64,000 nucleotides of DNA from an uncultured Erysipelotrichaceae bacterium (GCA_902793375.1 CADBDE010000001.1:75209-139208); one strand, 5' to 3'; counted from the first letter of the stretch, positions 37,952 through 46,844 are shown. The notes: generated by a model from the sequence alone, not told the origin. Program-made: numbers and translations.

Positions 37952-39126
37952 TGAATAGGGTTGCGTTAGATCTAGGTGTAATTCAAATATATTGGTATTC
38001 TATTTGTATTTTAGTTGGAATGACGCTTGGTATGTTTTTAGTTTATAAAGAAACATTAAAAAAACATATTAGTGAAAACTTGATTACAAATTTAATATTC
38101 TATACAATAATTGTTTCAATTATTGGTGCTAGAGTTTATTATGTAATTTTTGACTGGGGATATTATTCTAAAAATCCAATAGAAATGTTGGAAATTTGGA
38201 ATGGTGGACTAGCAATTCATGGTGCAATTATATTTGGTGGATTATTCCTAATATATTATACAAAAGAGCATAAAATGGATACTCTAAAAATACTTGATAT
38301 ATGTTCAGTTGGATTGATTATAGGACAAGCTATTGGTAGATGGGGAAATTTCTTTAATCAGGAAGTATATGGTGGTGTAGTAAGCCGTGAGTTTTTAAAG
38401 GGATTCTTTTTACCTGATTTTATTGTAGAAGGTATGAAAGTTGGTGGAGAATATCACCAACCATTATTCTTATATGAATCACTATGGTGTATTCTTGGGT
38501 TTGTAATTCTTTTGTTCATTAGAAAAAGAAAATATATAAAAACAGGACAAATATTTGGTATTTATTGTATGTGGTATTCAGTTGGTAGATTTTTCTTAGA
38601 AGGTATGAGGGACGAAAAATACAATTTAATGCTTGGATCTATGAAAGCAGCTCAAATTGTTTCTATTGGAATGTTTGTAGTAGGTTTATTCTTCTTTATA
38701 AGAAGATTTAAAACTTCAAGATTTGAGTTTTTATATAATGACGAAGGAATAGAAGTTGCTTTAACAAATGATGATTCAAAACAAAAATCATTCTTTGATA
38801 AAAAACAAACAAAAACCATTGATAAAAAAGAGGATAGCAGAAAAATGAATTTTTCAGTTTCGCCTCAAATATATGAACAAAAAACAAACTTAAATAATGA
38901 ACAACAAAAGAAAAAAGAATCGTTTTTTAATCAACCACCAGTACAACAAAATATAAATACTAATCCACAACAAGTCCCTTTTGCTAATCAGAATTCAAAT
39001 CAAGATAATAGTCAAAATAATAGTTTTCCACAACTTCAATCAAATGGCCCAGTATTAAATAATCAAATATTCACTGGACAAAATAATAATCAGAATAATA
39101 ATCAAAATAATACTTTTATACGTTAA
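37951..39126 (+). CDS. lgt: Prolipoprotein diacylglyceryl transferase with a long Q/N-rich C-terminal tail
   Basis: IYWY, GAR.YYV, GGLAIHG, GRWGNFFNQE, P.FLYES, RFF.E. Confidence 0.95.
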   Translation: MNRVALDLGVIQIYWYSICILVGMTLGMFLVYKETLKKHISENLITNLIFYTIIVSIIGARVYYVIFDWGYYSKNPIEMLEIWNGGLAIHGAIIFGGLFLIYYTKEHKMDTLKILDICSVGLIIGQAIGRWGNFFNQEVYGGVVSREFLKGFFLPDFIVEGMKVGGEYHQPLFLYESLWCILGFVILLFIRKRKYIKTGQIFGIYCMWYSVGRFFLEGMRDEKYNLMLGSMKAAQIVSIGMFVVGLFFFIRRFKTSRFEFLYNDEGIEVALTNDDSKQKSFFDKKQTKTIDKKEDSRKMNFSVSPQIYEQKTNLNNEQQKKKESFFNQPPVQQNINTNPQQVPFANQNSNQDNSQNNSFPQLQSNGPVLNNQIFTGQNNNQNNNQNNTFIR

Positions 39127-39142
39127 AAGTATTATTTTTTTT
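39106..39142 (+). terminator. Rho-independent terminator after lgt
   Basis: AATAATACTTTT...AAAAGTATTATT plus T-run. Confidence 0.7.
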
Positions 39143-39190
39143 AATATATTTATGGTATATTAATTATAGTTATTATAGATGAGGTATATT

Positions 39191-39700
39191 ATGAATGAAG
39201 ATGAAATGTTAATTGGGAAATTTAGTAATATCTTTATAAAATTAATAGTTGGTATTATGTCTAATGATTTAAAAGATATTAAGCATTATTTATCTTCTGA
39301 TTTGATAAATAGATATCAATCTATGATTGATAATAATATTGCTAATCATGAAATAAGATGTTTAGATGAACCAAATGTGAAACAAATTAATATTGAAAAA
39401 AGAGAAAATGAAGATGATTTTGAAGTAATACATATTAATTTAGTTTCTAGATATATGGACTACTATATTGATTCAGATACTATGGAGTATAAAAGGGGTA
39501 ACAATTCTTCAAGAGTGGAGATATCTCATGATTTAATTTTTAAGAAAAGAATAGATGCTTTAAATAACAATAATGTAATTAAATGTCCTAGTTGTGGTTC
39601 TAATTTAGATCCAAATAATAGTGGATATTGTAATTATTGTGGTGTTATAAATAGTGCAGAAAAATACGATTATGTACTTTATGAGGTAACTAATTTATGA
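39191..39700 (+). CDS. Tim44-like domain protein with C-terminal double CxxC zinc ribbon
   Basis: L..IKHYLS..L...Y, SRYMDY.ID...G, CPSCG...CNYCG; ATG after GAGGT. Confidence 0.7.
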   Translation: MNEDEMLIGKFSNIFIKLIVGIMSNDLKDIKHYLSSDLINRYQSMIDNNIANHEIRCLDEPNVKQINIEKRENEDDFEVIHINLVSRYMDYYIDSDTMEYKRGNNSSRVEISHDLIFKKRIDALNNNNVIKCPSCGSNLDPNNSGYCNYCGVINSAEKYDYVLYEVTNL

Positions 39701-41073
39701 GTAAAAAGAATAAAATATTAATATCATTATTTATTACAGTAATTGTTCTACTTGCCATATCATTTTTCTTTCCAATTAATAAAAATTATTTGAAAACTGA
39801 TAGTGGATTTGATTCAAGTTGGGATAGTAGTGATTCTTGGGATTCAGGAAGTTCGTGGGATTCAGGAAGTTCATGGGATTCAGGAAGTTCATGGGATTCG
39901 GGAAGTTCATGGGGTTCAGGGGGTTCAGGTGATGGATCAAGTTTAGGACAAACTGAAATTGCAATTATTTTTTTATTTATTTTTATTTTTATATTGATTT
40001 CTAGTAGTAAATCATCACTAAGTAAAAATGTTGTAGAAGATTATGATCTTGAAAATATAAAACGACAACTAATGGCAGATGATTATAAAGATTTATTGTT
40101 AAAAAATAATATTACAAAAATAGAAATAGTTGATTCTGTTAAGAATATAATTAAAAAAATTGAAATGGCATATTCAAATAAAGATTTAAGTTCAGTTGTT
40201 GGATTAGTATCTGATAAAGTAATTAAAGAATATCAAAATAAAATAGATAATTTAAATGAAAAAAAATTATTTATTAATTCACTAAACACAAAAGACACAT
40301 TTATATATTCGGTTAATGACATAGATGGCAGTTTAGTTATTTCAATGGATTTAATATTAGAAATGATGTGTGTTGTTAAAAATGAAAATGATATTGTTAA
40401 TGAAGACGAATATGTTTCAAAACTTTATAGATATGTATTAGAAGTTAACTACTTTGGTAATTATTATCTTCAAGATATTAAAGAAGTAAAAGAGATAGAT
40501 AAATTAGATTATGAAGCATATTCAGTTATAAAAAGAAATCATATAGAAGATAAATTAAATGATTTAGGTTTATCTAAAGTAACTGTTTTGGATCAAGCAT
40601 ATATCATATATATTAAAGTACAACAAGCATGGATGAATGATAAACTAGAAGATGTAAAAGACATTATTTCTAGCGAAATGTATAATACTTATAGTGCACA
40701 ACTTTCTACATTAAGAGTTAAAAAGCAACAAAATATTATGGATAGTTTTGTATATATAGATGGATTTATTACTTCAATTAGTTCGTATAATAATTGTACT
40801 TATATTAGATTATTATTATGTGTCAAATGTAGAGATTATTTAATTAATAAAGAAACGGGAAAAGTAATAAGAGGTAATTCTTCCAAAATTAATATATATA
40901 GATATTCATTAACATTTATGGTAAGTAAAAATACTATTGATAAATGTCCAAGTTGTGGTGCAAAATTACCAGAACATGGTTCAAGTGTTAAATGTGAATA
41001 TTGTGGTAGTGATATAAATAGATATAGTAAAAATATGGTTTTAACAGATAAAAAGATGATAAGTCAACAATAA
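39697..41073 (+). CDS. Membrane protein with Trp/Ser/Gly repeats, two Tim44-like domains and a C-terminal zinc ribbon
   Basis: Signal/TM, (WDSGSS)n, TM; VQQAW......V...IS.EMYN.Y..QL..L..K.Q.N; DYLI....KVIRG; CPSCGA...CEYCG. Confidence 0.75.
   Translation: MSKKNKILISLFITVIVLLAISFFFPINKNYLKTDSGFDSSWDSSDSWDSGSSWDSGSSWDSGSSWDSGSSWGSGGSGDGSSLGQTEIAIIFLFIFIFILISSSKSSLSKNVVEDYDLENIKRQLMADDYKDLLLKNNITKIEIVDSVKNIIKKIEMAYSNKDLSSVVGLVSDKVIKEYQNKIDNLNEKKLFINSLNTKDTFIYSVNDIDGSLVISMDLILEMMCVVKNENDIVNEDEYVSKLYRYVLEVNYFGNYYLQDIKEVKEIDKLDYEAYSVIKRNHIEDKLNDLGLSKVTVLDQAYIIYIKVQQAWMNDKLEDVKDIISSEMYNTYSAQLSTLRVKKQQNIMDSFVYIDGFITSISSYNNCTYIRLLLCVKCRDYLINKETGKVIRGNSSKINIYRYSLTFMVSKNTIDKCPSCGAKLPEHGSSVKCEYCGSDINRYSKNMVLTDKKMISQQ
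39838..39912 (+). repeat. 18-nt tandem repeat, four copies (TGGGATTCAGGAAGTTCR), encoding WDSGSS
   Basis: Copies start at 39838, 39856, 39874 and 39892, with degenerate copies on both flanks. Confidence 0.95.
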
Positions 41074-41183
41074 AAGTGGAATTTTTATTGACTACTTCAA
41101 TTTTTATTCTACTTTTTTTGTTTAATAATATTTTTAATCTACTATTACAAAATCTTCCTAATACTTGATATTATAATAATTAA

Positions 41184-41212
41184 TTGACATTTAAATGATT
41201 TTGTGTTAATTT
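41184..41212 (+). promoter_or_regulatory. Sigma-A promoter of secE-nusG
   Basis: TTGACA-N17-(TG)TAATTT. Confidence 0.65.
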
Positions 41213-41264
41213 ATATGTAACACGAAAAGGTGTTTTTATTTTGGTTAAATAAGGTGGGGAGAAA

Positions 41265-41606
41265 ATGGCTCTAAAAGCAAAAAAAATTGTTGAAGAAAAA
41301 GACAAAGATCTACTTAAAGAAATAGAAGAAGTTTCTAAAGAAGTAGAGAAAAAAGAAAAGAAAAAAGAAAAGAAAAAAGACGATAAGAAAGATAACAAGA
41401 AAGACAATAAGAAAAAAGAAGAAAAAAAGACTGAAGTAAAAAAAGAATCATGGTGGCATGGAGTTAAGTCAGAATTTAAGAAAGTTAGATGGCCAAGTAA
41501 AAAAGAAATGATAAAATATTCTATTGCAACAATATGTTTTATTATTTTCTTTGCATTCTTTTTCTGGATAATAGAAATGATTGCTTACTTGATTAAGACT
41601 ATGTAG
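41265..41606 (+). CDS. secE: Preprotein translocase subunit SecE with a charged N-terminal extension
   Basis: EFKKVRWPSKKE plus one TM helix, upstream of nusG. Confidence 0.93.
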   Translation: MALKAKKIVEEKDKDLLKEIEEVSKEVEKKEKKKEKKKDDKKDNKKDNKKKEEKKTEVKKESWWHGVKSEFKKVRWPSKKEMIKYSIATICFIIFFAFFFWIIEMIAYLIKTM

Positions 41607-41616
41607 AGGTGAAGTT

Positions 41617-42156
41617 ATGGAAAAACAATGGTATGTAGTTAATACTTATTCTGGACATGAAAATAAGGTTAAAGAAAAGCTTGAAATGCGTGCTGAATCA
41701 ATGGACATGAAAGATTATATTTTTAGAGTAGTAATACCTGAACAAAAAGTAATCGAAGAAAAAGATGGACAAACTAAGGAAAAAGTTAAGAAAATGTTTC
41801 CTGGTTATGTTTTAGTTGAAATGGTTATGAGTGATGAAGCATGGTTTGTAGTTAGAAATACTCCTGGTGTAACTGGATTTATTGGATCTAGTGGTAAAGG
41901 AGCAAAACCAACTCCACTTCAACCATATGAAGTTGACAATATCTTAAGAAATATGGGTATTAGTAGACTTGACGTTGATAAAGAATTAGAAGTAGGTGCT
42001 AAAGTTAAGATTATTGCTGGAGCATTTGCTGGAATGTATGGTACTATCGATTCAATCGATTTACCAAACCAAAAATTGGAATTAAATGTAGACTTATTTG
42101 GTCAAGAAACTGCTGTTGAAGTAGAATTATCTCAAATTGAGATTGCAAAAGACTAA
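41617..42156 (+). CDS. nusG: Transcription termination/antitermination factor NusG
   Basis: WYVVNTYSGHENKV, FPGYVLV, VRNTPGVTGF, KOW domain. Confidence 0.98.
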   Translation: MEKQWYVVNTYSGHENKVKEKLEMRAESMDMKDYIFRVVIPEQKVIEEKDGQTKEKVKKMFPGYVLVEMVMSDEAWFVVRNTPGVTGFIGSSGKGAKPTPLQPYEVDNILRNMGISRLDVDKELEVGAKVKIIAGAFAGMYGTIDSIDLPNQKLELNVDLFGQETAVEVELSQIEIAKD

Positions 42157-42162
42157 AAACTC

Positions 42163-42191
42163 TTGCAAAATGACTAAATAAATGATATAAC
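42163..42191 (+). promoter_or_regulatory. Sigma-A promoter of rplK-rplA
   Basis: TTGCAA-N17-(TG)TATAAC. Confidence 0.6.
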
Positions 42192-42223
42192 AATATCGCT
42201 ATATTTAATTATATAGATTAATT

Positions 42224-42281
42224 AGTGGGAAGCGAAAAAGCATGTAAATGCAAAAAAGAGTGATAAGCTATTTGGACCACT
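42224..42281 (+). promoter_or_regulatory. L1-binding leader element upstream of rplK
   Basis: AGTGG-GAAG...GACCACT stem typical of L1 operators. Confidence 0.6.
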
Positions 42282-42314
42282 CGCGAAAACTAAAAAATAT
42301 AGGAGGTGTTTTTC

Positions 42315-42740
42315 GTGGCAAAGGAAGTTGTAAAAAAAGTTAAGTTGCAAATTCAAGCAGGAAGAGCTACACCAGCTCCACCAGTTGGAACTGTTTTAGG
42401 ACCTGCAGGAATTAATCTACAAGATTTCTGTACAAAATATAATGATGCAACTAAAGATAAAATGGGAGATGTATTACCAGTTGAAATTTCAATTTATGAT
42501 GATAGAAGTTTTGATTTCGTAGTAAAAACTCCACCAACACCATTCTTAGTAAAGAAATTTGCTAAGATTCAAAAAGGATCTACAAAAGGTAAGAACGAAA
42601 CAGTTGGTTCTATTACTAAAGATCAATTAAAAGAAATTGCTGAAATTAAGTTACCTGACTTAAACTGTTATACAGTTGAAGAAGCTATGAAAATAGTTGA
42701 AGGTACTGCCCGTAACATGGGTGTTACTATAAAAGAATAG
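42315..42740 (+). CDS. rplK: 50S ribosomal protein L11
   Basis: KLQIQAG.ATPAPPVG, TPP, GTARNMG; GTG 42315 after AGGAGGTG. Confidence 0.98.
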   Translation: MAKEVVKKVKLQIQAGRATPAPPVGTVLGPAGINLQDFCTKYNDATKDKMGDVLPVEISIYDDRSFDFVVKTPPTPFLVKKFAKIQKGSTKGKNETVGSITKDQLKEIAEIKLPDLNCYTVEEAMKIVEGTARNMGVTIKE

Positions 42741-42769
42741 TAAATAATTGACATATAGGTTTATACCTG

Positions 42770-42822
42770 TGTGGAAGGAATTTGATGAGCAATCATCGTT
42801 CGCTTTTGTCCGCTAGACCACA
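42770..42822 (+). promoter_or_regulatory. Second L1-binding element upstream of rplA
   Basis: TGTGG-AAGG...TAGA-CCACA immediately before RBS TAAGGAGG. Confidence 0.65.
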
Positions 42823-42837
42823 TAAGGAGGAAAAGTA

Positions 42838-43536
42838 ATGAAAAAAAGAGGAAAGAAATATGTAGAAGCTTTAAATAAAATTGAAAAAGGTAAAGCTTAT
42901 ACTAAAGAAGAAGCTGTTAAACTTGCAAAAGAAACATCAGTTAGTAAGTTTGTTGCATCAGTTGAATTAGCAGTAAGATTAAATCTTGATACTAAAAAAG
43001 CTGATCAACAATTAAGAGGTGCTATAGTACTTCCAAATGGAACTGGTAAGAGTAAGAAAGTATTAGTTATTGCTAAAGGAGAAAATGCTACTAAAGCAAA
43101 AAATGCTGGAGCTGACTTCGTTGGAGATACTGATATGTTAGAAAAAATCGAAAAAGAAAACTGGTTTGGGTTTGATGTAATGATAGCAACACCTGACATG
43201 ATGCCACTTTTAGGTAAGTTAGGAAAAGTTTTAGGACCAAAAGGATTAATGCCAAACCCTAAAACTGGAACAGTTACTACAGATGTAGAAAAAGCAGTTA
43301 ATGATGTTAAAGCTGGACGTGTTGAATATAGAACAGACAGTTTTGGAAACATTCATGGAATTATTGGTAACACTGATTTTACTGAACAACAATTACTTGA
43401 AAACTTAGATGCTTTCATGGCAGTAATTGTTAAAGCAAAACCTGCTACAGTAAAAGGTGATTACATTAAAAACATAGCTATCGCTACTACTATGGGTCCT
43501 GGAATTAAAATAATTACAAATTCTTTTGACATTTAG
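42838..43536 (+). CDS. rplA: 50S ribosomal protein L1
   Basis: [34 protein letters not shown]. Confidence 0.98.
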   Translation: MKKRGKKYVEALNKIEKGKAYTKEEAVKLAKETSVSKFVASVELAVRLNLDTKKADQQLRGAIVLPNGTGKSKKVLVIAKGENATKAKNAGADFVGDTDMLEKIEKENWFGFDVMIATPDMMPLLGKLGKVLGPKGLMPNPKTGTVTTDVEKAVNDVKAGRVEYRTDSFGNIHGIIGNTDFTEQQLLENLDAFMAVIVKAKPATVKGDYIKNIAIATTMGPGIKIITNSFDI

Positions 43537-43572
43537 TAGAAGTTGATATATAATACAATTAATTTGTTGGTG

Positions 43573-43665
43573 CCAAAGACAGTAGGTTGTTAGTAAATCC
43601 TACCGAGGACTAAAAAATAACATTGATTTTTTAGAATCTCTACGTCTTTGGATGTAGAGATTTTT
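43573..43665 (+). promoter_or_regulatory. L10 leader with attenuator terminator
   Basis: CCAAAGACAGTAGG...CCTACCGAGG core. GTCTTTGG can pair either with the 5' end or within the terminator AATCTCTACGTC/GATGTAGAGATT-TTT. Confidence 0.85.
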
Positions 43666-43705
43666 ATATAGCTCCAATAAATTAAAAAAATAAAGGAGGA
43701 TTCTT

Positions 43706-44200
43706 ATGGCAAGTGAGAAAATCTTAGCAAAGAAACAAGAAGTAATTGATGAAATTAAATCAAAAGTTCAAGAATCTGCTTCAGTTGTTGTATTCACTTA
43801 TACTGGATTAACAGATGAAGATACTAAGAAACTAAGAAGGTCTTTAAGAGAAAGTGGATCTGACTACAAAGTATATAAAAATACTTTAATGGCAAGAGCA
43901 TTTAACGATTTAAAGATTGACTTAAATGAACATTTGACTGGATCAAGCGCTTTAGCATTTGGAACAGATGCAGTTGCACCAATTAAGGCTCTTGCAGATT
44001 TTGCAAAGACACACGAAGTGGTAACACTTAAAGTCGGAATTGTAGATGGAGCAATTTCTGATTCAAGCGAGTTAGCTAAACTTGCAACTATACCATCAAG
44101 AGAAGGACTACTTACTATGCTTGCAGCTGGTATGATGGGAATTCCAAAAGACTTATCAATATGTTTAGATTTATATGCTAAACAAAAGGAAGAAAATTAA
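43706..44200 (+). CDS. rplJ: 50S ribosomal protein L10
   Basis: Y.GL....LR..LR, VYKNTL, LATIPSREGLL.ML. Confidence 0.98.
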   Translation: MASEKILAKKQEVIDEIKSKVQESASVVVFTYTGLTDEDTKKLRRSLRESGSDYKVYKNTLMARAFNDLKIDLNEHLTGSSALAFGTDAVAPIKALADFAKTHEVVTLKVGIVDGAISDSSELAKLATIPSREGLLTMLAAGMMGIPKDLSICLDLYAKQKEEN

Positions 44201-44219
44201 TTAAGGGAGGATAATTAAA

Positions 44220-44594
44220 ATGGCAAAATTAACAAAAGAAAGTTTTATTGAAAGTTTAAAAGAAATGAGTCTATTAGAAATCAAAGAATTAGTAGACGCT
44301 ATGAAAGAAGAATTTGGAGTAGATCCAAGTGCAGTAACAGTAGCAGCACCAGTAGCTGGAGCAGCAGCTGCAGCTGATGAAGGACCAAGCCAAGTTACAG
44401 TTACATTAGTAAATGCAGGAGCTGCTAAAATTAATGTAATCAAAGTTATCAAAGAAATCACTGGTTTAGGACTTGCTGATTCTAAAGCAATCGCTGATAA
44501 CGGTGGAGCTATCAAAGAAAACATTCCAGTTGACGAAGCTAATGAAATCAAAGCTAAATTAGAAGAAGCTGGAGCAGAAGTTGAAGTTAAATAA
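44220..44594 (+). CDS. rplL: 50S ribosomal protein L7/L12
   Basis: EEFGV..Ala-rich hinge, KI.VIK..TGLGL, KLEEAGA. Confidence 0.98.
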   Translation: MAKLTKESFIESLKEMSLLEIKELVDAMKEEFGVDPSAVTVAAPVAGAAAAADEGPSQVTVTLVNAGAAKINVIKVIKEITGLGLADSKAIADNGGAIKENIPVDEANEIKAKLEEAGAEVEVK

Positions 44595-44596
44595 TT

Positions 44597-44620
44597 AAGG
44601 CACAGAAATGTGCTTTTTTT
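44597..44620 (+). terminator. Rho-independent terminator after rplL
   Basis: AAGGCACA-GAAA-TGTGCTT plus T-run. Confidence 0.8.
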
Positions 44621-44682
44621 ATTGTAGATTTTTTCTTGTATTAGTGATAAAATAATCACGAAATCAAAGGGGAGTGATTTAG

Positions 44683-45483
44683 ATGGATTTAAGAAAAATA
44701 ATAGAAGATAACCCATGGATATTAAAAGTTGCAAATTCATTAATAGTAATAATTATTGCAGTTCTTTTATATATAATAATTACTAAAATAATTATTAATA
44801 AGATTGAAAAAAAATATAATTCAAAAATAAAAAGTAAAAAATCAAACACTTATATAAAATTATTTAAAAGTATTTTAAGATATTTATTCATAATTGTATC
44901 TTTATTTATCATCTTGAAAATATTCGGTGTTAATATTACTGCAATGGCAACAGGTGTTGGAGTATTTGGTATTATTTTTGGTTTTGCAATACAAGATGCT
45001 TTGAAAGATATTATTAAAGGAATGGATATAATAACTGATTCATATTATCAAGTCGGAGATATAATAAGAGTTGATAAATACACTGGAAAAGTATTAGCAA
45101 TAGGAATTAAAACTACAAAAATAGAAGATATTTTTGAAAAAAATATTGTATCTATTTCAAATAGAAATATAGAAAAAGTAGAAGTATTATCACATATGAT
45201 AAATATTGATATTCCACTTCCATATGATTTGTCACTTAAAGACGCTGAAAACACTATTAAATATATTACAGATAAAATATCTAAAATTGAAAAAGTAGAA
45301 AAAGTAGAATATCGTGGAGTAAATGACTTTGCTGATTCAAGTATTAAATATCAAATAAAAGTATATTGTCCTCCAATAGAAAAAGTACAAACAAGAAGAG
45401 ATTCACTAACTTGTATTCTTAGATGTTTAGAAGAAAAGAATATAAGTGTACCATTTACTCAAATTGATGTACATCAAAAATAG
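44683..45483 (+). CDS. mscS: Small-conductance mechanosensitive channel, MscS family
   Basis: Three TM helices; GFAIQD.LKD.I.G, Y.VGD.I, G.V..IG.KTT.I, I.VPF.Q..VH. Confidence 0.88.
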   Translation: MDLRKIIEDNPWILKVANSLIVIIIAVLLYIIITKIIINKIEKKYNSKIKSKKSNTYIKLFKSILRYLFIIVSLFIILKIFGVNITAMATGVGVFGIIFGFAIQDALKDIIKGMDIITDSYYQVGDIIRVDKYTGKVLAIGIKTTKIEDIFEKNIVSISNRNIEKVEVLSHMINIDIPLPYDLSLKDAENTIKYITDKISKIEKVEKVEYRGVNDFADSSIKYQIKVYCPPIEKVQTRRDSLTCILRCLEEKNISVPFTQIDVHQK

Positions 45484-45507
45484 ATTCTAATTGAAATCTA
45501 TTTTTTT
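45476..45507 (+). terminator. Terminator after mscS, overlapping a probable pilin promoter
   Basis: AAAAATAGATT...AATCTATTTTT plus T-run; TTGAAA and TATTAT boxes overlap or follow it. Confidence 0.55.
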
Positions 45508-45535
45508 GTGTTATTATTATAGTAGGTGATAGTAG

Positions 45536-46723
45536 ATGAATAAAAAAGGATTTACTTTAATAGAATTACTTGCAGTTATCATAATTTTAGGAATTTTGAT
45601 GATTATAGCAATTCCAAGTGTAACTAAATACATTAATGATTCGAGAAAAAGTTCTTATATAGATACGGCTAAAGAAGTAGTTGGGGGAGTAAGAAACATT
45701 GTTAATGAAGGAAAACTTGGAATGTATGATACTTCTGCAACTTATTATATTCCAGCAGGTTATATAAAAACAGAGAATGCATTAAAGTCACCTTATGGAG
45801 AATTTACTGAAGCATATGTTGGAGTAATATATGATGGAACAGGATATAAATATTACTGGATAAGTGTAGATGATGCAGGAGAAGGAATACCTAAGGTAAC
45901 ACCATCAGATAAATTAGATATTGATGATATAGAAAGTGATTTAAAAGATTCCGACATAGAAAATGTAGTAAAATCAACAGTAATAGGAGATAGAAATAAA
46001 ATATTAATATTAGATCCAAGTAATGAAACTTGGAAACAACCAGGTGGAGAAATAACAAATCATATAACTGAAGAAGGTAAAGTAGTTGTTGATATTGCAG
46101 TATATCCAGCAGGAAAGACAAAAGCAACTGTAGTAACTGGTGATATAGTAAAAATAGGAACAGAAGAATTCTATGTAGTAAAACATAGCGGAAGCGATTT
46201 ATTACTTCTTGCACGTTATAATTTAAATGTTGGAAGTAATAAAAAAGCAGATGTACCAGAAGGAATACAAAATAGTGATGTGCTTGGAGGATCAGCAATA
46301 TATAGTGGTCCACAATATGGAATGGTTAAATTCTCAAGTACAAATTATTGGGTTGATAAGATTGGAACTGTTTATCCTGGAGAAGTTTGTACAACATATG
46401 AAACTGGTCATAATTGTGCATATGTATATGATAGTAATAGTAATTTATATCAATATGTTGAATCATATAAAGATTATTTAGAAGGTTTAGGAGAACCAAT
46501 AAAAGAAGCAAGATTATTAAGTCTTGAAGAAATACTTGAATTAGGATGCGAAGACATGTTTTGTGAAAGTGCTTCAGCATGGGTAAGAGGAACAAGTTAT
46601 TGGCTAGGAACTACTGGTGGAGATTCTTATATGTGGCGTGTACGTAATAATAGTACTGTATACTACAACTCTTACTATGCAGATACTGCATATCATGGCG
46701 TTCGTCCAGTTATAATTATCTAA
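45536..46723 (+). CDS. Type IV prepilin-like protein (N-methylation motif) with a C-terminal C-type-lectin-like (DUF6273-like) domain; candidate DGR target
   Basis: MNKKG|FTLIELLAVIIILGIL..IAIP; C-terminal GD.V.IG.E.FYV, ARLLS.EE, SYWL, W.V, GVRPV. Confidence 0.88.
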   Translation: MNKKGFTLIELLAVIIILGILMIIAIPSVTKYINDSRKSSYIDTAKEVVGGVRNIVNEGKLGMYDTSATYYIPAGYIKTENALKSPYGEFTEAYVGVIYDGTGYKYYWISVDDAGEGIPKVTPSDKLDIDDIESDLKDSDIENVVKSTVIGDRNKILILDPSNETWKQPGGEITNHITEEGKVVVDIAVYPAGKTKATVVTGDIVKIGTEEFYVVKHSGSDLLLLARYNLNVGSNKKADVPEGIQNSDVLGGSAIYSGPQYGMVKFSSTNYWVDKIGTVYPGEVCTTYETGHNCAYVYDSNSNLYQYVESYKDYLEGLGEPIKEARLLSLEEILELGCEDMFCESASAWVRGTSYWLGTTGGDSYMWRVRNNSTVYYNSYYADTAYHGVRPVIII

Positions 46724-46754
46724 AGGTCTATAGTCTGAGCACGAAGTGCGATTA
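46598..46754 (+). other. Putative DGR variable region plus downstream cGAAg DNA hairpin
   Basis: Run of NNT/NNC codons (e.g. TAC TAC AAC TCT TAC), CGT for all three Arg, GGC GTT CGT CC anchor; GCAC-GAA-GTGC at 46739-46749. Confidence 0.55.
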
Positions 46755-46844
46755 GGGTATATTATTAATAACAATTTATATAAAAGTAAAATATATAATA
46801 ATACAATATTTTACAAAATATAAATGTTATTAGATTTATAATAC

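Noticed and set aside
39811..39930. Short regular repeats as a possible CRISPR array
   Set aside because: 18-nt head-to-tail units with no spacers, in frame within a CDS, and no cas genes.
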